64,000 nucleotides of DNA from a virus, in the IMG/VR virus record IMGVR_UViG_3300028827_000102, positions 44,581 through 108,580 of that record, one strand, 5' to 3'. Position numbers and translations under genes: made by a program. Positions 27,619 through 37,801 of the stretch are shown here, one piece after another (positions within the stretch are counted from its first letter, which is position 1; each line of letters starts with the position of its first letter). A model generated the notes under the pieces. The model was not told the DNA's origin. It was given only the letters and a program-made list of their open reading frames with translations, and did not search any database.

Positions 27619-28545
27619 TTATGGGTATGGCCAGAAGTTAGCTAACAATCTAGATAGTTTTATTTCTTGTCCTACATCTACACTAAATGTAAGCCTAAGC
27701 TCATACGGTTTTCCGCTATCAAATACTCCACTATTGCTATCAACGGTTATCTGAGCAGACGACCAACCACCAGTAGATGTTATGGGGCTACCACTAATGG
27801 TGGTAATATTTAAATCCGTGTCTCTAAGCTCGACTGACAAACTAGCACCAGATCCTACATCAACATAAAGATCATAAGACACAGGTCTTACGCCAGTGGA
27901 ATAAAATTGAATATGCTGTACAAATGTTTCTGCTCCTACAGGTCCAGCAGCCTTTTTTACAGACTGATATACAACAAAATTTGTAGTATCAAATTGCACA
28001 TCGCTTGCTGTAATACCTTTTACCGTGATATTCGCTCCCATAGACGCTGTATCCGAATATGTTCGTGTAAATGGCGCTACGATCTCTACCGGAAGGGTTG
28101 ATGTAACTTCTGACACATACACTTGTGTCTGCATTTTGGGAGCATTTTGTATATGATCAGAACTAAGGGCAACACCTCCTCCTGGATGTCTGATCCATCC
28201 AAGAATGACACCATTAGATACATCTGTCAAGATGCCTGTGCTCACATGATACTCAACTGGAGCACCACCAAATATTTCTACATTATCGTGAGTAGCATAG
28301 ACTGTATAATCAGTGGCTGTGCTAGGTGGAGTAAATGTACCACCAATTTCTCGCACATCTGTTTCGTACCATACTATACCATTATGCTGTACCCCGTAAC
28401 CAGTAGACAGTTCTATATTTCCAGAAGCATTTACACCTAGATCAAAGCCACGATATACACCTTTTGATGCTATAGTGTATCTGGCTGCATTGTCTAACGT
28501 TGCTTCTACTACCGCTCCGTAGTTATATACACGTTGTTGTGCCAT
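27619..28545 (-). CDS. Putative virion structural (tail/baseplate) protein
   Basis: SD AAGGTG; T/S/G/V-rich beta composition; GVYRGFD motif. Confidence 0.6.
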   Translation of the reverse strand: MAQQRVYNYGAVVEATLDNAARYTIASKGVYRGFDLGVNASGNIELSTGYGVQHNGIVWYETDVREIGGTFTPPSTATDYTVYATHDNVEIFGGAPVEYHVSTGILTDVSNGVILGWIRHPGGGVALSSDHIQNAPKMQTQVYVSEVTSTLPVEIVAPFTRTYSDTASMGANITVKGITASDVQFDTTNFVVYQSVKKAAGPVGAETFVQHIQFYSTGVRPVSYDLYVDVGSGASLSVELRDTDLNITTISGSPITSTGGWSSAQITVDSNSGVFDSGKPYELRLTFSVDVGQEIKLSRLLANFWPYP

Positions 28546-28554
28546 AATATCACC

Positions 28555-30768
28555 TTATCCATACAAAGCCATACCGTTGGCTCTTCCAGGATAAAAATAT
28601 ACACGTACTTTTTCAGGTACGTATGTTATAGACGTTTCAAATGTTCTATTTACCCCAGACACAGCAAACATGTCGTGAGCATTCCAAGATGAACCATCAT
28701 ACGCCAACAGTTTTGGTACATTCTTGTACCATGTATCTACAGTATCATTCTCCCCAAATAAACTTAATCGCCACACTTTTCCAGAACCAGAAAATACAGG
28801 GAATGTTATTGAACGATAGAAACCATGTACACCATGACGAAGTTTGGTCATACCTAAAGTAGAGAACTCTTTTGTATAGCTAACATATGTCTTTATATCG
28901 TTAGCTATTTCTTCATATGTTAACAAGCTATGGTACTTTGGAGCCCTAAAATCGTCTACAAATAATGTAGCATTGCCTCCAGCTGCCAGTTTAAACAAAT
29001 ACTTATAAGAATCTATTGTTAAATCAGAATTTATAAAATCTTTTATTGTTGTAGTTATGATCCTTTTATCGAATACTGTAGACATTCGCGTACCGTCCCA
29101 ATCTACGGTAGCGATATGAGCCGCGTTTTTTAGTTTGCTGTATGGGTTATATGGCGTATTCGCCATCCATACCATAATAGCAGAATTGGGACCATCATCG
29201 GTACGCTGAAGAATAGATATATCTGTTAGAGTAGCAAATACCTTTGTGCCAAATCTAACAGAATCAGAAACAAGAGATGGTACCATGGGAACAGGAGAAG
29301 GATTAGTCCACTCAGATTGCTTAAAGTAAAATTCTTCTTCTATATTTGTACCACTAGTATCTGTTCCTCTTATCTTTATCTTTACTTCCATAGTGGAAGC
29401 AGAAGATGCTTCCACCAGACCGACTATTAACCTAGCCTCACCATAAGGAGTTATAGAAAATGAATCTGTGGTACCAATATCGTCCAATTTTTTTCTACAA
29501 TAAACTACTTGTGGTGTTTTTAATATATTCCCATCACCATCTATTAGTATATCATAGCGCATCGGAAACATTCCAGCATCAGAAAATGTTTCCTCTGTTA
29601 CATTTAATTGTGTGTGTCCTTGTCCGCCTGCAATAACCAGCTCACCTTCTCCAGGACCTTCAATAGTGAAATTTATATTTCCAGACAATGGCGGTTCTGC
29701 TGCTTGTGCTCTTGTATATTTAACAGTTATTGTATCTCCAACTGGTGGTGTTTCAGTAGGGAAGACTATCCTATTTGTTTCTGGTACATGTAACCCCGCT
29801 AACTCAACACCCGAATTTGTCCATACTCTTCCCACACGTACTGGAAAATAAGGTAATTCTATGTACGATGCGTTTGCATAACCTGTAAGAGTGCCTATAG
29901 CATCATCCGTAAATACATCCGTAACAGCAGAAGTACAAAGAAAACCAGGAACCCTGGCAACATTTTTATCTTTTGATATTATTATTCCATGATCTAAATA
30001 CAGATCAAACATGGTCAGATCGCCAATAATCAAATCATCTGGACCTATACCATGCGGATTACTATCCGATACAGTACCGGTGCCTGTTTTATTTCTATGC
30101 TCTATATCAACAGAAGAGAACCACGGTCTATTAAAATCATAACTGTTTCTAGTGTGATCTATTGATAATTCCGTACTAGTAGTACCTGTACCACTATCAA
30201 CAACAGTCTGAGACGTAACTATAGCCAAGGAACAGTATTCTTCTTTGGTAGAAGAAGACAGTGCGTTCCATGCGTCTACTGTCATGGAACCAACCAAAAC
30301 AGTTTCAGAGGATACTGTACCTTCATTATTTGGATCACCAAATCTATAAGTATAAGGCACAGAAATAGTTTGTTTGTAGTAATTTGGTACAGGATCACCA
30401 CTAGCCAACAAAAATCTGATATAAATAACGTTTGGAATACCTATAGACGGATCTGACAGTTCTATTCCTCTTACTGTATCGTGTAGTTCTAAATATGATC
30501 CTGATTGAAACACAACAATACCAGGATTGATATCAACTGTGGTGCTATCAACAAGATTAACTGACACAGCTAAAGGCGACGAACTTCCTGCAGAATGTCC
30601 AGATGGATCGTCTGATGACACTATACCATATGATGAGCTTGTTATATTGGGATGACCAAACAACAGCTTTCTAGTAGTAATTATTTCGTCTTCGATATAG
30701 TCCTGTTGCCGCATCAGCCTATCGGCAGAATGGGTTACTGTAAAACTTAATCCTGGTATCTTATTCAT
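28555..30768 (-). CDS. Putative tail/baseplate protein
   Basis: 737 aa, T/S/D-rich; EHR...GTG....NPHG motif typical of phage fibre/baseplate proteins. Confidence 0.6.
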   Translation of the reverse strand: MNKIPGLSFTVTHSADRLMRQQDYIEDEIITTRKLLFGHPNITSSSYGIVSSDDPSGHSAGSSSPLAVSVNLVDSTTVDINPGIVVFQSGSYLELHDTVRGIELSDPSIGIPNVIYIRFLLASGDPVPNYYKQTISVPYTYRFGDPNNEGTVSSETVLVGSMTVDAWNALSSSTKEEYCSLAIVTSQTVVDSGTGTTSTELSIDHTRNSYDFNRPWFSSVDIEHRNKTGTGTVSDSNPHGIGPDDLIIGDLTMFDLYLDHGIIISKDKNVARVPGFLCTSAVTDVFTDDAIGTLTGYANASYIELPYFPVRVGRVWTNSGVELAGLHVPETNRIVFPTETPPVGDTITVKYTRAQAAEPPLSGNINFTIEGPGEGELVIAGGQGHTQLNVTEETFSDAGMFPMRYDILIDGDGNILKTPQVVYCRKKLDDIGTTDSFSITPYGEARLIVGLVEASSASTMEVKIKIRGTDTSGTNIEEEFYFKQSEWTNPSPVPMVPSLVSDSVRFGTKVFATLTDISILQRTDDGPNSAIMVWMANTPYNPYSKLKNAAHIATVDWDGTRMSTVFDKRIITTTIKDFINSDLTIDSYKYLFKLAAGGNATLFVDDFRAPKYHSLLTYEEIANDIKTYVSYTKEFSTLGMTKLRHGVHGFYRSITFPVFSGSGKVWRLSLFGENDTVDTWYKNVPKLLAYDGSSWNAHDMFAVSGVNRTFETSITYVPEKVRVYFYPGRANGMALYG

Positions 30769-30771
30769 TTA

Positions 30772-32865
30772 TCATAACCTCATATGACCTGTATTCATAC
30801 CTATTCCTTTGTCTAAATAGGTTTTCAGGTCGTCCAATGACGGAAACAACGGCTTTAGTATTAAAGTGCTAGAAGCAAAGTTTCTCTCGCCAAATACCCT
30901 GGCAACATATGAATGCTGTATAGCAGACACTCTATCACCATTAATGGTCCAATCATACAGATACACTTTTGTATTAGGTGTACCATTTATCAAAATATCT
31001 ATACGCTCTACATTACTGTCGGTTGGAGATAAAATCACTGGTATTGATACAGTAGAACCGCCGGATACAGTATAATCGCTGAAATCATTTGGAAACAGTC
31101 TAACTCTTATGGTTATATCTTGATCTGGAGAAACACGGAAATTCCACTGAGCGCCACCAGAACCGCCTGACATACCACTAACAACAAAGCCAGAATTCGC
31201 TACCGACTCTACTATTGGAATGTTTCCAAGTGTTCCTTTATCGCCGCTCACCAGATTTACAGACGGTGCTATTCCAGGCCATTCAGCAGATATATTCAAT
31301 TTACTGCTATTTATAGCAGCAGCCGTGAATTTCGCTACGTCCAAGTCAGAAGAAGAAGTACTTATATCAACAGTAATTACAGCTTCTGTTCCACCAATAA
31401 ATTGTTGTGTTATTGATAAAGCGGAACTGGATACTATAATGGTTGTATTGCCTCTTTGACTTATATTGTCGTTAGTTAAACCTAGAACTGGCCCTACGTT
31501 ATTTGCTGTTATCTGTAACGTAGATACAGCATTGATAGCTTGTTCCATTGCTATAGCCACATCTGTAGTCAATACTGATGTGGTTATATCTACCGTTTTA
31601 TATGACACATCTGAAGGAGAGAAACTGCCAGTACGTTTAAACTCAAAAGTAACTACAGAACCAAAACCATCATCCAACGTAAATGTATCATTGTCTGATG
31701 GTATTCCTGTAACAGTTATTTCTCCGGTTGCTGCTGCAGAAGCTATAGGAGTATAACTAGCATCTACTTTGTAGTCAAAAATGATACTATCGTAAGCGTC
31801 TGACAACTTAAAATAATCGTTATTTACCATCAATGATGGGTCTATACATATTATATAGCCTTTAGCATATGTATAAGGAACTTCTACTTTTGGAATACAT
31901 GTATATTTAAACCACCAATTTCCATCATCATCTAATTCAGCCACGGCTGCTTTTTTAGAATTGTCGTAATTTATAGTACCAGAAACTTTGTCCCAAAAAA
32001 GCAGCTGATCCGCTCTTATGGGTACATGCAAAACTTGATGGTTTTTATTTACTGTTATAGGAGTATTTACAGGCAACAATGCACTATTATACTCCTGAAT
32101 TGTCTGCACTTCTGTTATATCCAACCCAGCCAATAAATTTCCGGAGATCCAATCTACTAAAAACGGACCAACTAGAGGAAAGTCTGAACCGACTGTAGGT
32201 ATATGTAGTATATTTGAAAAATATGCTGGATACGCTATTAGTTGTATTTCTTCTTCGTCTTCCAAATCTCTGTGGATTGGATTATTAAGAGTGATCTGAT
32301 ACTGTATGGTGTTGCCAGAGGAACCTGTTTGTGTTATTTCTTCTACTATATATTCTACAAAAAACGTATCTAAATCTTCTGATGAGGATATACCTATTAC
32401 ATCACCCACTGTCATTTTATATGGTGTATCTACATTTATAATGGTTTTACCTGAAACATAATTCCCTTCTACTATTATAGAACTGCTATAATGATATACT
32501 AATTGTCCTTGTGGATGATCTGCCAACAATACATCACTAATTATGATTGTAGAATCGACTACATCTGTTACTTTATGCAGTTCTGTGTTTCCGACTTTTA
32601 TGTAACCACCACTAGAAATCCATTGTGAATATCTATCCACTTCTATCTGATTGGTACCATACACCGCATCAGAAGCAAGCGTATACATATTATCTGGAGC
32701 TATTAATGGCATTATATAGCCGACTTTTTTGGCAAATCTAACAGTACCAGTAGCAAACTGATCGATGGGATGTATTGTCCCCCTTGGCATTATACGTACA
32801 GACGTACCAAGTGTTAATGTTTTGTTTACGATACGCTCTATACGAGTGAGTATATTATCTTTCAT
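30772..32865 (-). CDS. Putative virion structural protein
   Basis: Two sheath-insertion-like repeats (ND.F.L.D...V.F..K...VDI.T....DVA.....AIN). Confidence 0.6.
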   Translation of the reverse strand: MKDNILTRIERIVNKTLTLGTSVRIMPRGTIHPIDQFATGTVRFAKKVGYIMPLIAPDNMYTLASDAVYGTNQIEVDRYSQWISSGGYIKVGNTELHKVTDVVDSTIIISDVLLADHPQGQLVYHYSSSIIVEGNYVSGKTIINVDTPYKMTVGDVIGISSSEDLDTFFVEYIVEEITQTGSSGNTIQYQITLNNPIHRDLEDEEEIQLIAYPAYFSNILHIPTVGSDFPLVGPFLVDWISGNLLAGLDITEVQTIQEYNSALLPVNTPITVNKNHQVLHVPIRADQLLFWDKVSGTINYDNSKKAAVAELDDDGNWWFKYTCIPKVEVPYTYAKGYIICIDPSLMVNNDYFKLSDAYDSIIFDYKVDASYTPIASAAATGEITVTGIPSDNDTFTLDDGFGSVVTFEFKRTGSFSPSDVSYKTVDITTSVLTTDVAIAMEQAINAVSTLQITANNVGPVLGLTNDNISQRGNTTIIVSSSALSITQQFIGGTEAVITVDISTSSSDLDVAKFTAAAINSSKLNISAEWPGIAPSVNLVSGDKGTLGNIPIVESVANSGFVVSGMSGGSGGAQWNFRVSPDQDITIRVRLFPNDFSDYTVSGGSTVSIPVILSPTDSNVERIDILINGTPNTKVYLYDWTINGDRVSAIQHSYVARVFGERNFASSTLILKPLFPSLDDLKTYLDKGIGMNTGHMRL

Positions 32866-33304
32866 TATTTTCTAGCTTTATTAAAAGTAGATTAAATACA
32901 TACACACAAGTTGCTACAAATAAATCTACTACTAACACAAAAAGTGTTATCTCCCACCAAGCACGAAATATTATATTTCTAAGTACACCATTACCAGTAA
33001 CGTCAAAAGCTATGTCTACTATTAATATAGATATTACGCCTAACCATACAGATAAGCAAAAATAACACCCAAATAGCATACGTATATATTCATTTTGCAG
33101 CAGCTTCTGTCTGATTTTAAATATTCCTGTTCTATCTCTTTTTAGGAATTCGTTCAAGGCTTTGTCATTTTCTCCAAAATATTTGGTAGTTAATGTATCA
33201 ATACCAAATATGTGGGCGTCAGATACTAAAAAGCATAGAGCCCAACAAACTCCTATAGTTACCCCAACAAATAACACTAATGTTGTTAATGGCATATCTG
33301 ACAC
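32855..33304 (-). CDS. DUF1360-like membrane protein
   Basis: Three TM segments; LFGCYFCLSVW (CxxCxxxW). Confidence 0.6.
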   Translation of the reverse strand: MSDMPLTTLVLFVGVTIGVCWALCFLVSDAHIFGIDTLTTKYFGENDKALNEFLKRDRTGIFKIRQKLLQNEYIRMLFGCYFCLSVWLGVISILIVDIAFDVTGNGVLRNIIFRAWWEITLFVLVVDLFVATCVYVFNLLLIKLENNER

Positions 33305-33498
33305 TAATGAACAAAACCGGTATTGTTGTCGCTATTAGATGTTATTATATCATTTACTGTGTCAACCACAGCTGTAAATTGTTCTAATGACATTCGTACT
33401 ATTACGCCATAATCGTCTTTTATTTCTATAGTGTTGTCGTTTATCCTAACTTCAGGACAAGCAGACGCCCTGCCTCTACAACAAGAAGTCCACATCAT
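33304..33498 (-). CDS. Small DUF397-like protein
   Basis: CPEVRINDNTIEIKDDYG...MSLEQF resembles CVEV....V.VRDSK...F....W. Confidence 0.45.
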   Translation of the reverse strand: MMWTSCCRGRASACPEVRINDNTIEIKDDYGVIVRMSLEQFTAVVDTVNDIITSNSDNNTGFVH

Positions 33499-33499
33499 A

Positions 33500-34009
33500 T
33501 TACCTCGTTGTGGTGGAAGTATTTAACGATTTCCCACCTGTAAGAATATACATTACACCAGTCACTATACCCATACCAACAACAGCTCCAATCGAAAAGA
33601 ACAAAGCGGGCCCATGTTTATCCATCCAACTACGTTTAGCCTTCTCTGCTAAATTTCTATAAGTAGCTTCTCTTATTATTCTATTAGTTTTGTTTCTTAA
33701 TATCTCCGCATCTAACTCATTTCTAAGTCTATCTCTTTCAGCTTCTATCGCCTTCAAACATGTGGCTCTGTCTGTAGTAAACAATAAACCAGTATATGGT
33801 ACATTTGTACCCTTTTTCAAAACAATCGGCTTATCATCACATTTTAACCCAAGACGAACCTCTGCTTTAGGTTGAATAAATGGGGCCTCTTTAATAGCCT
33901 GTTTACGTGCTTCTTCGTAGGTAGGAATTTTATTTGTTTTTATGCCACCAGCACAACCAGCGCTAAAACATATCAGCAAGACGCTTAGCTCTCTCTTCTT
34001 CATCATCAA
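33500..34009 (-). CDS. Lipoprotein with C-terminal TM (unimolecular spanin-like)
   Basis: SD AAGGAG; MKKR, hydrophobic stretch, lipobox SAGC; coiled coil; TM ALFFSIGAVVGMGIVTGVMYIL. Confidence 0.55.
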   Translation of the reverse strand: MMMKKRELSVLLICFSAGCAGGIKTNKIPTYEEARKQAIKEAPFIQPKAEVRLGLKCDDKPIVLKKGTNVPYTGLLFTTDRATCLKAIEAERDRLRNELDAEILRNKTNRIIREATYRNLAEKAKRSWMDKHGPALFFSIGAVVGMGIVTGVMYILTGGKSLNTSTTTR

Positions 34010-34286
34010 TCTCCTTTATTTCTTTCAATTTATCCAATACTTCTTTCTCTGCTATCAATGCTTCAGCTTTACGTATCTTTGCTTCTATGTCAGCTTTTGC
34101 AGATGCGTCTTTGGCCAGCCTCAACGTGGATGCTACTGCCTCAGATGGACCAGTCTTGCGTACTGCCATAATAATAGCAATACCCAATAATGTAATTATA
34201 CCTAATATCGCTCCGCTCCATATAAGGATCTTTTTCCATACAGGAGCTTTAGCTTTTTCGATACGTTGTTTAGTTTCTTTATCCAT
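33963..34286 (-). CDS. N-terminal TM plus coiled-coil protein (i-spanin/Rz-like)
   Basis: TM ILIWSGAILGIITLLGIAIIMAV then an A/K/E coiled coil; overlaps the lipoprotein gene. Confidence 0.45.
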   Translation of the reverse strand: MDKETKQRIEKAKAPVWKKILIWSGAILGIITLLGIAIIMAVRKTGPSEAVASTLRLAKDASAKADIEAKIRKAEALIAEKEVLDKLKEIKEIDDEEERAKRLADMF

Positions 34287-34292
34287 AACAAT

Positions 34293-34329
34293 AAAAAGCC
34301 GGGTGTGATAAAAACTACCACACCCGGCT
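34293..34329 (-). terminator. Rho-independent terminator
   Basis: Stem AGCCGGGTGTG/CACACCCGGCT followed by a T-run on the minus strand. Confidence 0.8.
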
Positions 34330-34335
34330 ATTCGT

Positions 34336-34845
34336 TTATTGGTCTTCCTCAGTGGTATCTGCTACCTTATCAGCAGAAGCATCTTCTGCTGGTTCATCCT
34401 TTTCCTCTTCATCCTCAGAAACATCGTCTCCCAACAAGTCACGCTTGCGTACTTCCACAATCTTCTTCACCGTAGCCACTTCCTCATCACTCAAATCACC
34501 CAAACGAGCAGCAACTGCTTCCAAGATAGCGGCAACAATGTCGTCCCATTTAGCATCACTCTTCTGAGCATAATCCTTAAACCAGCTGATAGCATTGTCT
34601 GCTACCTTTAGCACCATCTTGAAGCGTTCGTTCTTGGCCCACTTGGTATAACCAAAAGCACCGAGGATTGTAAACACTAATCCCAGCACACCTGATCCTA
34701 CCATGATCCAAAACGATGGATCTTTATAAGTCGGTGTACCTGCTCCACCTACTGGAGTTGCATCGCTAGTAGAAGCCAACGCTAAGCCAGACGCTACAAG
34801 CAAAAAACACACGAAGGAAACCATTGTTGCTACAACCTTTCTCAT
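34336..34845 (-). CDS. Membrane protein, possible holin
   Basis: SD AAGGAG; two hydrophobic segments and an acidic tail; next to spanin-like genes. Confidence 0.45.
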   Translation of the reverse strand: MRKVVATMVSFVCFLLVASGLALASTSDATPVGGAGTPTYKDPSFWIMVGSGVLGLVFTILGAFGYTKWAKNERFKMVLKVADNAISWFKDYAQKSDAKWDDIVAAILEAVAARLGDLSDEEVATVKKIVEVRKRDLLGDDVSEDEEEKDEPAEDASADKVADTTEEDQ

Positions 34846-34865
34846 TTTTACTTCTCCTTGTTTGG

Positions 34866-35621
34866 TTATACGTGGTTATATGTACAAATCCACGTATCTG
34901 TTCCATTTATTGTTATTTTTACCATCCGATGCAACGTCCATGAAGCATCAGTTGGGCCTATAACAGACCCAGCACCAAAGTCAACACTTTCTGTTGAGTT
35001 ACTCAAAGACAAACTAGAAAACGTTCCCTTTCCTCCTGCTTCTATATTACGTCCTATGTAAACATCTCTAGGACGCATTTTAGTAGAACCACCATCACTG
35101 CTACCTATATCATATTCAGAATCTTTTTCATATTTAATGTGCGTCCCAAGAGATAATATACTTCCTTTTTCCAGAGAAAACAATACTCTTTCTGTAGTAT
35201 CGGTATCTGTTGTGATTTTAAAATAGTCTATAGTCGTGTCGTCTAAGTAACTTATCTTTATCGGTCCAGATGAATGAGATAATGCTATCGAACTACCATC
35301 ATTATATGCTGCCTGTAGAGGAAATACAAGACTTCCACTCGTATGAGTATGACCAACACCCCCATTCACCCCATCTTCGGTACTAAACTGAACATTTAAA
35401 TAGTAAGTACGTAACATACCCACCATTCCAGTAGAAGTAAGCTCAGCACCAATATAATACATATTTTCGTCTAGGCCAGCTTTTGCTAAAATGTCCTTAT
35501 AAACAACGGACGATCCTACGTATGCTACAGGATCAGAAATTGTATCGTAAGATGATAAACTTACCTTTACTTCATATGTAGACGTACCGGCAGAAGATAT
35601 TGTAGATATGTTAATAGACAT
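34866..35621 (-). CDS. Putative tail fibre/virion protein
   Basis: S/G/T-rich; YDIGS.....RPRDVY fibre-like motif. Confidence 0.5.
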   Translation of the reverse strand: MSINISTISSAGTSTYEVKVSLSSYDTISDPVAYVGSSVVYKDILAKAGLDENMYYIGAELTSTGMVGMLRTYYLNVQFSTEDGVNGGVGHTHTSGSLVFPLQAAYNDGSSIALSHSSGPIKISYLDDTTIDYFKITTDTDTTERVLFSLEKGSILSLGTHIKYEKDSEYDIGSSDGGSTKMRPRDVYIGRNIEAGGKGTFSSLSLSNSTESVDFGAGSVIGPTDASWTLHRMVKITINGTDTWICTYNHV

Positions 35622-35623
35622 AA

Positions 35624-35902
35624 TTAACTCACTGCTGCCTCTAAAACATATACATAATGATCTGTATATGTTTTTGTTTCAAGTAAGCCATACGATGATA
35701 AACTTACTTCTTCGTCCAGACCGGCTATACTAATCACTTCGTGCTCTAAGCCATTATCTGTTATAAATGTTGTAGGACTAGAAAGCGAAGTTTTTGTTTT
35801 GATAAATATTTTCAGCTTTATTACCTCACCCTCATCTAAAGATGAGGCTATCGCCATATCAATGGTACCACTAGCAACTGGGACGTAATCTATATATTCC
35901 AT
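35624..35902 (-). CDS. Small hypothetical (virion) protein
   Basis: 92 aa ORF in the operon. Confidence 0.5.
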   Translation of the reverse strand: MEYIDYVPVASGTIDMAIASSLDEGEVIKLKIFIKTKTSLSSPTTFITDNGLEHEVISIAGLDEEVSLSSYGLLETKTYTDHYVYVLEAAVS

Positions 35903-35910
35903 GATTCTGC

Positions 35911-37440
35911 CTATGCCATTTTACCAAAAACAAGTAATTTATCGATAGACCAAGACTGATCTATCATTTTTACATCGCTTAATTTGCCTTGCAATCTAAA
36001 CTGAAATGTCTTTGATTCTTCAGTCATACCTTCTTGTGGTAGGTTTTGAAATTGGTCTGTTTGAGAGGTACGGTATTGTACTGAAATTATATCAAGTGGT
36101 ACGTTTCCATTAATTCCCCACCCCGTTATAACTATTGGCACATCATAGCTAATCCAGTCAAAATTGACAAAATTGTTGTCTGTATATACATCTAGATTAA
36201 ATCTATGTATCCTACCATTTTGATAATCTGTTACAACTAATACATTGGTATCTTGTTCATCAATAGTAACAGTATCTACTAACACACCATACGGTGAAGC
36301 AAGAGCCCCAAAAACGTATTGTGATGGTCTCGTGTACGAACCTATATTATCTTCAAGAGCACGGATACCGTATGTCTTTAAATGTTTAAATGTAACTCCA
36401 TCAAACTCTTCTACTGTACCATTTACCATATTAGCTATATATAAACGTTTGAACCCGCCCACAAGATCACGTATGTATATCTGCTGTGGTGTACGCAGAG
36501 TATAGTTTACACCACTTGGTTCTATATAACGCACGCACAAAGGCGAAGAGCCTGACATATCAAAAGCACCAACTTCGCTGCGTACAGAATTTACCACCCA
36601 TAAATTATCACCATCATGAAATACATCTACAGGAGTATTTACCTGATTATCTAGAACGGCTCCTGTTCCGCTGTAATATAATGGAATACTAGTAAATACG
36701 GGCGAATTAACTGTAGATACATCCCAAACAGCCACGAAACCATTTGAAGCTGTGGCTCCAGCAGGTTGACCATCCTCACAGGAAATATATAAAGTATTAT
36801 TGTTAAATGCCAATCCATTTGGTTTGGACAAATGTGTTGCGTCAGCTCCAGCATTTCCTACTGTACCTATGGTAGCCTGATGTGTTCCATCATAGGTATA
36901 TAATAATACAACATGATTGGTGTAATCTGCTATAGCTATATAATCAGAACCACCCACACTGAATAATATAGCAGCAGAGGGATCTGCATATTCCCCTCCG
37001 GCTACATTTGTACCAAAATTTGGAAACCTTCTCAAAATCTCCATGTCTTGGTTCAAAACCAAGACACCATTAGCTGTACCACCCAAACCTCCATCAGCTA
37101 AAAGGTACTTGGCGCCGTCACTTTTGGCCGAGGACATATTAAACAGTCTACGCGGAGAATTTATGCTACCTTCTCTGTACTCTGATATAGGTATATCAAA
37201 ACCTTTTGGCGCAAAAGAAATGGTACGTTCTTGAATGTTTTGTGTAAGAAGACCTAAACTGCTTATGATGTCAGAATAGTCGTTGTAGATAATTATATCG
37301 CCAGTAAGCGCTTCCACTCTAGAAGTAACCAAAGACAAGTATGAACTATCTTGTAACAATGAATTTTTACGTATAAAATCTGTATCCTGAACTGCCTGAG
37401 ACAGCAACAATTTAAAATGGTCAAACTGTGTTGTACTCAT
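35911..37440 (-). CDS. NHL-repeat beta-propeller protein (probably virion)
   Basis: IADYTNHVV, LSKPNGLAF, LRTPQQIY, ASPYGVLVD, VTDYQNGRI. Confidence 0.75.
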   Translation of the reverse strand: MSTTQFDHFKLLLSQAVQDTDFIRKNSLLQDSSYLSLVTSRVEALTGDIIIYNDYSDIISSLGLLTQNIQERTISFAPKGFDIPISEYREGSINSPRRLFNMSSAKSDGAKYLLADGGLGGTANGVLVLNQDMEILRRFPNFGTNVAGGEYADPSAAILFSVGGSDYIAIADYTNHVVLLYTYDGTHQATIGTVGNAGADATHLSKPNGLAFNNNTLYISCEDGQPAGATASNGFVAVWDVSTVNSPVFTSIPLYYSGTGAVLDNQVNTPVDVFHDGDNLWVVNSVRSEVGAFDMSGSSPLCVRYIEPSGVNYTLRTPQQIYIRDLVGGFKRLYIANMVNGTVEEFDGVTFKHLKTYGIRALEDNIGSYTRPSQYVFGALASPYGVLVDTVTIDEQDTNVLVVTDYQNGRIHRFNLDVYTDNNFVNFDWISYDVPIVITGWGINGNVPLDIISVQYRTSQTDQFQNLPQEGMTEESKTFQFRLQGKLSDVKMIDQSWSIDKLLVFGKMA

Positions 37441-37534
37441 ATTTTCACTCGCTATTTCTGTTAAACTGTATTGTTTACAGTACCTTATTGTATATACGTT
37501 CTAACGCTTACAGGTACTGTGCTACCATTAAACA

Positions 37535-37548
37535 TTAAGGTTTAGTAG
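37535..37548 (+). promoter_or_regulatory. Candidate late promoter for the terminase/portal operon
   Basis: TTAAGGTTTAGTAG in the divergent intergenic region. Confidence 0.6.
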
Positions 37549-37575
37549 GGACCATCAAGGTTAAGAGGTATAGCT

Positions 37576-37800
37576 ATGCCAAGTTACACAATATTGTTGG
37601 ACAACAAAGAAATAGAAGTTGGAGATATTTTTGATACTTTAGACGAAGCTATGATGCTAGCAGAAGAAACACAGAAAGAGATTACCATTCTTAAAAACGG
37701 AAAACCGTATTCTAAAGTATCGCCACCTCAATACGAAGAATGCGATGACGGTACAATGTATTCTGTACACGATGTTGATAGTATAAATATGGAGCTTTAA
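37576..37800 (+). CDS. Small hypothetical protein
   Basis: SD AGAGGT; EITILKNGKP resembles a Phd-like motif (weak). Confidence 0.6.
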   Translation: MPSYTILLDNKEIEVGDIFDTLDEAMMLAEETQKEITILKNGKPYSKVSPPQYEECDDGTMYSVHDVDSINMEL

Positions 37801-37801
37801 A

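Noticed and set aside
1616-37234. Many plus-strand ORFs antisense to real genes (e.g. 19549-20346, 5671-5991), and their minus-strand equivalents on the right (e.g. 54976-55788)
   Set aside because: Shadow ORFs with S/F/L/I-biased composition, no motifs and no SD.
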